Assembly (NCBI GenBank): GCA_963693365.1
Contig: CAVNZM010000017.1
Coordinates: 4,445,375-4,509,374 of the forward strand
Length of the DNA: 64,000 nucleotides
Reading direction: 5' to 3'
Origin: Amoebidium appalachense
Lineage: Eukaryota > Protista > Ichthyosporea
The notes beneath the pieces are model-generated. The model was not told where the DNA came from. It saw only the letters and a program-made list of their open reading frames with translations, and did no database searches. The position numbers and the translations under genes were made by a program. Position 1 is the first letter of the stretch, and every line of letters begins with the position of its first letter. Below are positions 1-22,416 of the stretch, piece by piece.

Positions 1-1386
1 CATCCAGAACCCAGGCCAGCCACTTCGAGCTGAGGGTAAGCGGTTCGGAGATAGTCGTTGTATGTAATATCGTGGAAATTTTGGTTATTCTGGAAATTTT
101 GGGGTAGAGGCGGAACAGAGAGTGCAAGGGGGTGGTGGCAAATTCTGCTCATGAGCAGAATTCATAGGATAATTGAGTCATTTATAATTGTGCTATGCTG
201 TAGATTTTTTAACACCCCCCACCCCCCCCACCCCCCCACCCCCCCCCCCCCCCCCTCCTTTCCCATTCCTCCCCTTCCCCCTCCCCCCTTCCACCCCCCA
301 CCCCCCAACTCCCGTAAGGGAAGCCGTATGTGAGTTGGTTTCTGCATGCGAGGCGAACAGGAAACACTGTGGGTGTCTTGGGCGTACCCTGAAGATGGGT
401 TCTGCTTGTTATGCGTGTTCGTTGTGTATGCTTTGCAAAGCTTGCATTGTGTTTTGGTTGTCCCTTCATGAGCATGTAATCTCGTACTTTATTTACCACA
501 TTCTATCTCCCCCCACCCCCGCCTCCACCTCCCCTTCCCCTTTCTTCTCCGTCCGTCAGTTCCCCCTTCTCCCATATCCTCTCTTTCTCATACCCCTTAT
601 CAACCTCCCCTCCTTCCTCCTTCACCCACTCTACCCTACACACCATCCTCCTCCGGCCCGCCCTCCCCCTCCGTTCAGCCCTTCACCCCCCGCCCCCCTC
701 ACCCTTTCCCATAATTCCAACCCATTCATTCATACATCATCCCTTTTCTTCCCCCTCCCTCCCTCCGTCCCTACCCCCCCCCCCCCCCCCCCATTTTTTT
801 CTTCCCCCTTAAACCACAGCGAGATGCATTTGACGTTAAGGCGGTTGTGGATGCAACCTTGCACAATGCAGCCAGCCGCCACACAGCCAATCAACTGCCA
901 GCAATAAAAGTCTCCCACACCGTAACGGGGATTTCATTGGACGCCCTGGTGGTGGGGGACCCGGTCAGATTTGCAAAGGTATGACTTTAAAACAGAAATT
1001 TTCTCCCTTTCCTTTTTCCCCTTCCCCCTTCCGCTCCCCTCCCCCCCCCCCCCCCCTCCCACACACACGCACACACATACACACACACACACAAAAAAAA
1101 AAAAGAAAGGAAGATAGAAAGGAAGGAAGAAAGGAAGAAAAAGGAAAAAGGAAAAAAGAAAAAGAAAAAGAAAAATGAAGAAAAGGGGGGGGGGGGGGGG
1201 GGGGGGGGGGGGAGGGGGGGGTTTGGGGGGGGGGGGAGGGGGGTTGGAGGGGGGAGGGGGGAAGAAAAAGAAGAGGCCGAAAGAGGCATTTGGCCAAACG
1301 GAGAAAGTTCCAGGTTTACATCTTGCCGCCACTCGATTTCTCGTTGCTTCCCTTCATTTTTCCAATGTGTTTTTATGTCTCGTGCA

Positions 1387-1421
<35 letters not shown>

Positions 1422-2546
1422 ACCCACCACCACCACCCCCACCACCACCACCAAGGACACACACACACACACACACACAATCACACACACAATCACACGT
1501 CCTTTTACTGTTTTTGCATGTTTCCAATATTCATACAGATTCACCATCTGATCCCCCTGCCCCCACCATGAAATTCATCATCCAAATCCTTCCCAACCCT
1601 GAAATTCACCATATGACCACTTCCCAATCTTGAAATTTGTCATGTGTACCCTCCCCACCCTTCAGCACCTGAGCTACATCTCTTTCCCCTCTCCCCCCGA
1701 TCATGTAATTCACCTTCCCCCCCCCCCCCCCCCCCCCCCCCCCCCACCGTTTCGATATTGAAATTCATTATCTGACCCCCCCCCCCCCCACCACCACCAC
1801 CACCACCCCACCCCCACAGGTGGTGAGCATACTCTTGGATGATCTCCTTAAACCCTGCCCCGGTGCCTGGCTTGTCTCCATCGACACTCACTCGGCAAGA
1901 TCTACCGCTTACGACGGAAAAATCGCGGTGTGTGGGCCTTTGGTTTGCTTGTTTGATACACAACCATCTTCCCTCGAACCCCCTCTTCCCCCTTCTTCCC
2001 TTCCCCCCTCCCCCCCCCCCACCTGCACACACCCATACTCCCTTTTCTCTACCTCTTCTGCTTGCTTATGGTCGTAGGTTGAAACATACAAAACAAAAAT
2101 ATACATATGCACACGACTGTGAACACACACACAGCATAAACACACACACACAGCATACACACACACACACACAGCATACACACACACACACACAGCATAC
2201 ACACACACACACAGCATACACACACACACACAGCATATACACACACGACACTCTGGTACCCACCATGATTGAGTGTTCACACAACCACAACGGATGCCTG
2301 ACTTGGCACCTTTGTTTATTTGCATTAAGTGATCTATTGTTTTTAACCTTCTTATAATCTTGGTTTTTATTGGTTTTGGCCTTCCATTACTCTTGATTTT
2401 TATTGGTTTTAGCCTTCTTTTATTTTGGTTTTTATTGGTTTTAGCCATCTTTTAATCTTGTTTTTTATTGGTCACAGGTCACGGTGAGGCTATCAAGACG
2501 AAGCACAGGCGAGAAAAGAAACGTGCCGGACATAGAGGGTGAGTAG
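1..2546 (+). CDS. 3' part of a histidine-kinase-like (HisKA/HATPase_c-type) gene with a degenerate ATPase domain
   Basis: Phase-consistent GT-AG exons <1-35, 820-978, 1820-1927, 2478-2546 give SRTQASHFELR|RDAFDVKAVVDATL...VVGDPVRFAK|VVSILLDDLLKP...|VTVRLS...IEGE*. This resembles the 'F-D-L...GDxxRLxQILxNLLxNAxK' region of sensor kinases. The last exon may instead splice at GTGAGT (2539). Confidence 0.6.
307..506 (+). mobile_element. Diverged copy of the structured, C-run-terminated dispersed element (family 1)
   Basis: Shares GAGTTGG..GAAAC..TTGGGC..CCCTGAAGATGGGTTCTGCTTGTTATGC..TCGTACTTT..CATTCTA with the copies at 28559, 29597 and 42985. Flanked by C-rich tracts. Confidence 0.65.
2330..2470. 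repeat. Degenerate ~34-bp tandem repeat just upstream of a 3' splice site
   Basis: About 4 copies of TTTTATTGGTTTTAGCCTTCTTT..TCTTGG, ending at the acceptor at 2477. Confidence 0.75.
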
Positions 2547-2751
2547 AATCCTCCCCCCCCCCCCCCATTATACACTCACCCACACACACAAATAGGGGGG
2601 GGGGGGGGGGGGGGGGGGAAGGTAGGGGAGGAAATGAAAGAAGGACAGAGGACAGTGGGTGCAAACGGGGACACTCGAAACACAAAACATACTCTGTAAC
2701 AATCAATTAGTGTCCTACATGTCGTATCCAATAAAACGGCACCTTTAAAGT

Positions 2752-2880
2752 CTCACTAGCTGCATTTGATTGGCTGCGCTGGAAACGCAGTAGGCCGTCA
2801 AGTGAGGCTGGGCCCCTGACAGTGTCCACAGCAATTAATAGTGCGTAAACCCCCCTTAAAACCCCCAATATGTATGTGAC
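2752..2880. repeat. Dispersed ~110-130-nt repeat, copy 1
   Basis: GCTGCATTTGATTGGCTGCGCTGGAAACGCAGTAGGCCGTC..GGCTGGGCCCC..CAGTGTCCAC..GTAAACCCC recurs at about 8270-8406. Confidence 0.8.
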
Positions 2881-3053
2881 TATATATACAAAAGCTAACA
2901 ACTCTGCTCCAATCAGTGTCGTCCTCTGGGAGCCAATCAGACGAGACGCAATCCACATCTGATAGCGGCTGCCAATCATCTGGGGGGAGTCCTCAGGTTC
3001 CCATTCCGTTCACTTCCCGCAACCGCCACCACCACCACTACAGACCCCCCCAA

Positions 3054-3709
3054 ATGTCAAACTTGCACGACCGACCCCAGCAGAGACAAGACACATCAAG
3101 CCCCGCAGTCACCGAAATTTCAAACTCCGACCCAGACAGCGTGCTCATGGGGGACACCGCGTCCTCCGATAACATGATTTTGAGCGAATCGGCAACCGAG
3201 GATTTGGAAAGCGGTTCCGGTTCCGGTTCGAGTTCCGGGTCGGGTCGGGCTATGGACGACTCGACTTCTGGCGACGGTAGGAGTTCCCCGCCCTCCTCCG
3301 CGGAAGGGAGCGGAAGGAGCGGAAGCGATTTTTCCAGTTTAACCTCCTCTGAGGCAGAAAATGACCCAATGTCCAATGAGAGCGAAGATGATGTGAAGGG
3401 GGGCAAACAGGAGTCCGACGGGCAGAACGCTATGGAAATTGCGGAAATTTCGGATAAAACCCCCATGGAGACACTTGAAAATGAAAGCAGCGGAAACGGG
3501 ATGGGAGAGGAAGAAAGGTGTGAGGAGACTGCGGTTGCAAATCCCCATAGGTCACGTCGGTCCTCCGTGACTAACGGGGTTTTTCATGGGTGGGAGGGTG
3601 ATTTAGGCCACCGGAACACGATGGTGGAGTTTTATTTAGCCCGGAAATTCGCTTTTGCGCTTCATGGGGACGTCGCGGTTGAGCCTGCGCCCTTGGGGGG
3701 TTTTCCTTC
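3054..3709 (+). CDS. Probable first coding exon of an unknown protein with a Ser/Asp/Glu-rich disordered N-terminus
   Basis: Non-repetitive open frame 2916-3746 with first ATG at 3054. Three CCAATCA motifs lie upstream (2909-2978) and a GTATGT donor is at 3710. Downstream exons were not identified. Confidence 0.55.
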
Positions 3710-4078
3710 GTATGTTTTTACTTGTGCTTTGGACTCCATATCGTAAACTTCAAATGGCTTTGAAATGTTTCCCTTTTCCGTTGGTTATATAGGATTTGTG
3801 TGGATGCATGCGCTTTTGGAGTGTCACATAGTATCTCTGAACGTATGCAGAGAGAGTGTGTGCTTGGGAAGGAGAGGGGGGCAAGGGGGGAGGGGGGAGG
3901 GGGGGGGGGGGGGGGGGGGGGGGGATTCCTTGAATATGTGAGAGCTCTGTCTCTGGCAATGTGTTGCTGAAGGGGAGAACTAGACACACACGTGTACGTG
4001 TTTTCTTCACTTCTGAAAATTTATCGGTGGGGACCGTCATGAACTGATATGCACATACTGTACACACACATACACACA

Positions 4079-4123
<45 letters not shown>

Positions 4124-4816
4124 GCGCGCACGCGCGCACCAGAGAGAGACACACACACGGGCCCGTCAGATACGCACACAACCGTACATGTCGCACATTT
4201 TTTGGTATCAAACTATACCGTACTACCAACTATTATCCTTTGAACGCTTTTCCGAAAAGATCTCACAGTTTTTTTCGGCGACTACTTAGCCTTCTGAAGC
4301 CTTATGTCGTATATTATAATTTATTTGAAGCCGAATATGCAATCTTTGTTGTAGAACGTAGCAAGGTGTGAAACATATGCCTATGATAGCCGCTTTTAGA
4401 ACACACATTGCCAATCGTGGCAGAGACATATTGCTTATCGAAGCAGATTTTAAAATCTAGCCAATCATAGCGAGTTTATGATTGAGGGCGAGTGCAAAAT
4501 GTAGATGTTGAATGTAGTTTCGGTGACAGGCTGTAGGATTGCCTCAATACAAATACCTCCAAAGTATCGAACCCCCCCCCCCCCCCCCCCCCAAATGGCA
4601 TCCCGCCCGGATAACACTTATTTAAACACAACCACACACGCGCACACACACACATACACACGCACAGATAGAGAGGGGGGGAGAAGGAGGACAGAGAGAG
4701 AGAGCGAGAGAGGGGTAGGGAGACAAAACACATGCATACTAGCCAACCATGTGATCAGGGAAAAACAAAACGACGAGCAGCTTGTGGTACAAAAAGAGAA
4801 ACGAATGAAAGGGCAG

Positions 4817-4849
<33 letters not shown>

Positions 4850-4971
4850 GGGGATCTAGATCTAGAGAGGAAGAGACGGGGGAGAGAGAGGAGAGAGAGA
4901 GAGAGATAGGGAGGGAGGGGGGGGGGGGAGAATAAGGGGTCTAGAGAGAGAGAGATAGAGGGAGAGGGAGG

Positions 4972-5012
<41 letters not shown>

Positions 5013-5328
5013 CAGGGAGCGAGCTAGAGTCTCAGAGAGATCCATACGAAGAAACGACCTCAGAGAGAGCCAGGGATGCCTATGGAGGGGGTGACAGAGT
5101 ACGGGAGGGCGAACCAAGAAAGGGGGCATGATGGGGGAAGGGGGGGGGGGGGGGGGGGGGGAGGGGGGGGGAGGGGGGAGGGGGGGAGGGTTCAAATCGA
5201 GCTGCATGGTATGATACGATTGAACTGATCTTCCCATCATCTGAGACTTGTCACCTTTGGCTACTAGTACTACTACTCCTTCCCGTTTTTTTTACTTTGT
5301 GTATGTGTGTGTGTTTTGTGGGGGAGGA

Positions 5329-5364
<36 letters not shown>

Positions 5365-5580
5365 GGGAGGAAGAGAGGATACAGTACCAATAGATTATTT
5401 GTCGATTCGAAGTGCCTCACCCTTATGACGAATTCCGAGTCCGGCACAGCCAGGAGAAGGAATTCGCTCCATGGGCATGCTCATCCACACCTATAAAAGT
5501 TCTACCACCTACTGAGGCGGTGTCTCCTTTCTTTCTTTTTTTTTTTTTTTTTTTTTTTGCCGCCTGAGTAGATGTTAAAA

Positions 5581-5927
5581 CGTCGCACGTGCGGCAACAC
5601 GTCAGTACGTGTTAGATAAAAGTTATAGTTAGGCAGCTTCCTTTAACGAAAAATTAGCAGTGCTCCCAATATCATAGTCGTTGCATAATGCAGGCTAGGA
5701 GTATAGCTATAGGCCTAGGGTGCTGAAGGGCAAGATGAGTCTGTGTGGGGCTTGGGGTCTAATAGATCTCGAGTTGGCGGTGGCTGTACGGTGCCTTAAC
5801 TTTCTTTCGGAGCTACCGATGCTAGCCTCTGCTTACCCACAATATGTAATCATCCGGGGGGTGTCGTTACTGTCGTATACTACGATGGCGCTAATTGTTG
5901 CCTAGGCGCATCTAGTTATAGCTCTAG
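5581..5927 (+). ncRNA. Candidate structured RNA immediately 5' of the reverse transcriptase
   Basis: Nested helices 5621-28/5916-23, 5629-37/5897-5905, 5652-58/5890-96, 5671-78/5879-86, 5692-98/5822-28 and 5716-25/5789-98, with many G·U pairs on the + strand. Possible pseudoknot 5710-15/5756-61. Confidence 0.6.
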
Positions 5928-7923
5928 TAAGTCTTGTGGACCTGATGGACTCCCTGCTGGGTATCTTAAAATCCTTGTTCCCTCCTACCCACAAAAGGAA
6001 AGTGATCGTGCTATTAAACCTGATCTTACTATCATGTTAAGCTCTCTCTTTTCTTGGTGTGTTAAATGTGGACATGTCCCGTCATCTTGGTTAGATACCT
6101 TAGTGATCCCCATAGTTAAGAAGGACTCTGAGGGCCCCATATCATCCTTTCGCCCCATTACACTAACCCAGGTTGTTCGTAGATTCTTTGAAGCTTGCTT
6201 ACTTAGGTTATTTGCACATCACCCTAGGTTTCAATCTATTCTTCACATACACCCATGCCAATCCGCTTTTCGTAAAAACAATTCATGTTATGTTCAAATA
6301 ATGGCACTGCACGATTCTATGCAAGTTGGTGCACAATATGTTGGCTTTATTGATTGGAAAACTGCTTACGATTCTGTCTCCCCTGGTCTCCTATGGGAAA
6401 AGCTTGCTGCACGGGGTGTACCACACTGCATTGGTGTTCTGTTAGAAGCACTCTTGTCTCAAACCTATGGTAGAGCTGTGGTTAATGGGCATCTTTCATA
6501 TGGTTTTGCTCGTACTAGAGGTCTCTTGCAGGGTTCATTGCTTAGCCCCTTTTTGTTTAACCTATTTATAGATGATTTGGCTGTCAAGATTTACGCCGAA
6601 AACGATGACCCTATTAATAACTTTCCGCCTGCACTTCTCTATGCTGATGATCTGTCCCTCCTTGCCCGTACCCCTAGACGCCTGCAAAGATTGTTCGATG
6701 TAGTGTCAGAGTGGTGCAAGGCAAACCTTATGATCCTTAACATAGACAAATGTGGTGTTCTTGTACCTGATATAGCTAACAATTTACACACATTTACATT
6801 ATCATCTAAACCTGTACCTATAGTTCCAGAATACAAATATCTTGGTGTTCCGGTTGATTCTGTTGGTGTTATGTTTCCCCATATGGTCGAAAAGAGGGTA
6901 GAGTTGGCTCGTAAGCGGTTAGCTTTCTTCTCGGCTAATATTTTTAAAGACACACCCCTCCATCCTTCTATTAGACTTACATTTATTCGCACTTTTGTCT
7001 TCCCGGCATGTGAATATGGTTTACCCCTTCTCGCCGCTTGGATCAAGAAAGAGAGAACTAGAGCGCTTAAACCCTTGGCAAATTTCCTTGAAGCAGAAGT
7101 TGCCTCCTTTCTATCTAACAACTGTTGTAAACCTGGGCCTGTAACGCTCTCGATATATGGTCTGGTCCCAATAGCTGCTAGAGTATCCTATCTCGCGCTG
7201 AAATTCAATAAGCACATAAGCCGCTTAAAGAAGTATTTGCCCTCCCACCCTCTCTTCTCTATCCGACCTGTCCCCTCCTCACCTCTCCCCTCTTTCCTCC
7301 CCTCTCTCTCCCCTTCTCCCCTGGGCACAAATACAAATAAACCCCGCAATAGTGTGTGTGTGACTTTGGACTGCCACTTACTTATTAAACATGTACACAA
7401 TCACAAGATAATCACGCAATATAACAAATGGAAAAAGATACCACACGACACTAGACCCGATGAAAGCATACACCTTGAAAAACTAAGCCTTATGTCTCGT
7501 TTTATATATACTGACCGCCTCAACCATATTGCCAAATATGGCACTCGCAAGTGTATAACACCTAAATACATATTACCTTCCTGTAGAACTGGTCTTTCTC
7601 TAGCTGATGGTATTATTGATCAATTACCACGCTTTTACTGTACACGTGCTATACAGTGGAGATCTAATAAGTATAAGGTGGCATCATTTGCATGCCCAAA
7701 CAACACACACACACACCAGTTTAACCGGTCATGTATCGCCAAATGTAGTTTGATAGACCACATAATACCGCAACACACACACGTCACATTCACAACAGAC
7801 ACCCAGAAAGATAGCCTACCTGTAAATTACAACATCCTTGATTTTATACTAAACACGCGTAACTACGACCTGTTTATTAGATGTATTGATTGGCTTGAGA
7901 AACACATCACTACAAAATTATAG
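5917..7923 (+). CDS. Non-LTR (LINE-type) reverse transcriptase with no endonuclease domain visible
   Basis: Frame is open from 5800 and the first ATG is at 6034. Motifs: KSCGPDG (5929-5949, upstream of the ATG), IPIVKK..FRPITL, QSAFR, FIDWKTAYDSV, GLLQGSLLSPFLFNLFIDDL, YADD, LNIDKC, YKYLG, and a C-terminal Cys/His cluster (CPNNTHTHQFNRSCIAKC). No internal stops. The start coordinate is approximate. Confidence 0.93.
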   Translation, partial: YSSSKSCGPDGLPAGYLKILVPSYPQKESDRAIKPDLTIMLSSLFSWCVKCGHVPSSWLDTLVIPIVKKDSEGPISSFRPITLTQVVRRFFEACLLRLFAHHPRFQSILHIHPCQSAFRKNNSCYVQIMALHDSMQVGAQYVGFIDWKTAYDSVSPGLLWEKLAARGVPHCIGVLLEALLSQTYGRAVVNGHLSYGFARTRGLLQGSLLSPFLFNLFIDDLAVKIYAENDDPINNFPPALLYADDLSLLARTPRRLQRLFDVVSEWCKANLMILNIDKCGVLVPDIANNLHTFTLSSKPVPIVPEYKYLGVPVDSVGVMFPHMVEKRVELARKRLAFFSANIFKDTPLHPSIRLTFIRTFVFPACEYGLPLLAAWIKKERTRALKPLANFLEAEVASFLSNNCCKPGPVTLSIYGLVPIAARVSYLALKFNKHISRLKKYLPSHPLFSIRPVPSSPLPSFLPSLSPSPLGTNTNKPRNSVCVTLDCHLLIKHVHNHKIITQYNKWKKIPHDTRPDESIHLEKLSLMSRFIYTDRLNHIAKYGTRKCITPKYILPSCRTGLSLADGIIDQLPRFYCTRAIQWRSNKYKVASFACPNNTHTHQFNRSCIAKCSLIDHIIPQHTHVTFTTDTQKDSLPVNYNILDFILNTRNYDLFIRCIDWLEKHITTKL

Positions 7924-7927
7924 CGCA

Positions 7928-7998
<71 letters not shown>

Positions 7999-8030
7999 CC
8001 AGCTGATACCGAGTGTCCCGAGGGGAGCCC

Positions 8031-8084
<54 letters not shown>

Positions 8085-8269
8085 GGGGAACCCCAACTAA
8101 TTGATTTCTCCTTGTAGTCTTTATGGTGTCTCGTAGAGAAAGTAAACCCTGATATATAGTCACCACCCGACATCTATGTACGTGATCATGATATACCGCT
8201 GAGGGGATATTCCGAGCAAAAACCCCCCCCCCCATACCTGAGACTGGTTCTCTTTGCCTCGAGTAAACA

Positions 8270-8406
8270 GCGTAAACCCCCATGTACATATGTCACTAGC
8301 CTAAGCTGCATTTGATTGGCTGCGCTGGAAAACGCAGTAGGCCGTCGAGTGTGGCTGGGCCCCCGGGGCCCGGCAGTGTCCACGCAATAAAAAGTGTGTA
8401 AACCCC
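8270..8406. repeat. Dispersed ~110-130-nt repeat, copy 2
   Basis: Matches 2752-2880. The GCGTAAACCCC..TATGT.ACTA segment precedes the core here but follows it in copy 1. Confidence 0.8.
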
Positions 8407-9208
8407 ATCTGTGTCTAGGCGGAAGACGGTAAGCCCCCCTGAGGCAGTGCCTCGCCGGGAGTGAATGGATAAAATAAAAAAATAAAAAATGGTGGTGGCT
8501 GTTTGTGTGTAGCGTGCAATCCTTGTACACAAAAGATCACTTGAGTTGTGATCGGTCATAGCAAAATACCATGAACCAATCAGAAATCATAATGCTCGTT
8601 AACGAATCAAATTGAGTTTCTATTTATGGTTTGGCATATTGTGATTGGATGTAAAATCGATCTTTTAGCTTTATATGGCAATATCAATAGTAGGTCGGTT
8701 GAACAAGCGATGGCGATGACTCTTTGTTGGCGCTTGTGACTCAGTAAAGTTTGTAAACTATACTAAAAAAACAAAAAACAAACAAACAAACAAAAGAAAA
8801 TGTGCATTAGATAAAAAGGAGAATCGGTGGTTATTAGTGATACGGCTACTCCTAAACATTCAAATAACTCCATTAAACTATAACGGAGATCTAGATAGCA
8901 TGTACACATTACAGCTGGGGATTTGAAACCCTGTAAGAGTCACAATGATTCTTGTCCGCGGACTGCGGTTACACATACATAATAAACAAAACGAACAGAC
9001 TTGGCTTTACCTATATCAACAACCAAATATTGTCTGCAAGTTGCCGAACCACAAACCTAAGCATCACATGAGCTTTCTTACACGCTGTGTTTTCTTCCTT
9101 CATACACGGACGCGCTAGCGGGGACCTAATTCGCACACACGCACGCACAAACCCCTTACATACACACAAAAACGTTCACCCTGAACAACACGTACGTGCA
9201 AACACACC

Positions 9209-20734
<11,526 letters not shown>

Positions 20735-21687
20735 TTCCCAAATAATTTGACGGGATTTTCGGATTTTTGGGCCCGTTCGAGACGGGGTTTTGAGCACTTT
20801 TGGGGTATTTGCAGTTCATGCGGCTACGTCCCTGGCCGTGGCAGCCATAATTTGCAAAAAATTTAACGGGATTTCCGAGTGCTTTGCCGGTTCGAGACGC
20901 GCTTCTTCCGCTTCTGGGGTATTTGTGATTCCTGTGGCGTTGGCAATGGCTGCGGCAACGGCAATTCCCAAATGATTTGACGGGAATGTCGGTCGGGTTT
21001 ATGGGATTTTGTCGCCGTTTAAGCTGTTTTTAGTTTATCTGATTGGTTTCTTCGACCTAAAAACAGTATATTCTGGTATTGTCGTGTTCATGCCTACCCA
21101 GAGTAGTGTTGTTATCCAATACGGTAAACGGTTTTCATCACTACTTCAATATTTGTCCCGGGACAATGCAGGTACGGTCATTCTTATTTCGAGTAGGCTC
21201 TTATAATCGCGAAAATCCGATACATTGCTAGCGCTTATCCAGTCCTTAGACTTGGTAATTTACAGTGTTGCGATAGAGGATTTGTTGCCATTATAATGTG
21301 GTTTATTTAATTCAAATTAATTTATTATATTTTATTTTTACCTTGTTGTTATATTTAGCCTAAAATATACGGTGTCCGCCCGTGACATTAGTAAGCCACG
21401 GCGAGAACCATCATATACGCGAATATTCTTTGTTTAAAGTCAGTGGTCATGAAAGTGTTCGGATAAATGTGTTCCCATCTGTTGTGTTTTAAAAAGATTT
21501 GTATTGTTAGAATGATTGTGATTTACACATTATCATAAAACACATTGGTTTGTCTTTTTATACTATGCTAAGGTAAACTTGAAACCAACCTGATATACTA
21601 TTTACGCATGTGCAGCATCGTAAGGCAGTAAATCAAAACTGCAGAATAAAGGTTTTACTGTGTCGTTTTAAACTTATCGACTCAGTG

Positions 21688-21720
<33 letters not shown>

Positions 21721-22014
21721 AGTTTCAAGCATTTCCACTAAACTTACTTCAAACGATGGATCATCTGACAGTGATCATGGGGTAACCCCCTCCCCCCCCC
21801 CCCCTCCCCCCCCCCCCCCTCCGGGTCTCTTCCCCCCCACGTCTTCCTTGACGGTCTCAATGTCAGGATACCCCATCTACGGAACTTCGGGCAGCATCAG
21901 TAGAACTATCACGTGTACGGTGGCACACATCATACATACCTACAGTGTTACGGTGAATTAAAATCATAACTGGGGAATATAATGGCGTGGTGCACTGCAA
22001 AGGGCCCAACCACA

Positions 22015-22250
22015 TCGGCAGAGTCAACTTGCAAAAAGCAGAATTATTCTGCAAAAGCAGAATTATTCTGCAAGAAGTGGGATTACTCTGCAAAAAGCAG
22101 AATCACCTCTGCTTTTAGCAGAATCACTCTGCTTTTAGCAGCCTGATATGATAACTCTGCCTTTAGCAGAATTATTCAAAGGCAGAATTATTCCGCAGAA
22201 AACAGAATCATTCTGCTTTCGACAGGAGAATAATTCTGCTTTTAGCAAAA
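22015..22250. repeat. Array of short palindromic units (GCAGAATTATTCTGC)
   Basis: About 9 variants of GCAGA-n5-TCTGC at roughly 19-25-nt spacing. Confidence 0.8.
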
Positions 22251-22362
22251 TAATAGTGCTAGTAGCTGATTGAAGCATTGCCTTCCCCTCTTCGCCCCCC
22301 GCTCCCTCCTTCCCCCCTCCCCCCACCAGCACACACACACAAACGGGTCAACCACCAAGTGC

Positions 22363-22416
<54 letters not shown>

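Larger units (their letters stand above)
5559..8083 (+). mobile_element. RT-encoding retroelement: structured 5' region, RT ORF, (CA)n, short 3' segment and A50 tail
   Basis: The RT stop at 7923 is followed by (CA)n at 7932-7997, ~35 unique nt and an A-run at 8034-8083. The 5' boundary is uncertain and no target-site duplication was found. Confidence 0.7.

Noticed and set aside
2760-2830. HDV-like ribozyme on the minus strand of the 2752/8270 repeat
   Set aside because: P3- and P4-like hairpins exist, but no P1, P1.1 or P2 pairing could be built.
5030-5497. Possible minus-strand exons (AG..GTGAGG and AG..GTATGG boundaries)
   Set aside because: Short, with no recognisable protein motif, and they could not be joined into a consistent model.
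5741-5750. CTGTGTGGGG in the RT-linked RNA as a template for the genome's CCCCACAC tracts
   Set aside because: A 10-nt low-complexity match that is not conserved in family-1 copies. Too weak without biochemical data.
8105-8220. Group I intron-like motif (GATATATAGTC)
   Set aside because: No matching P7 partner or other core elements were found.
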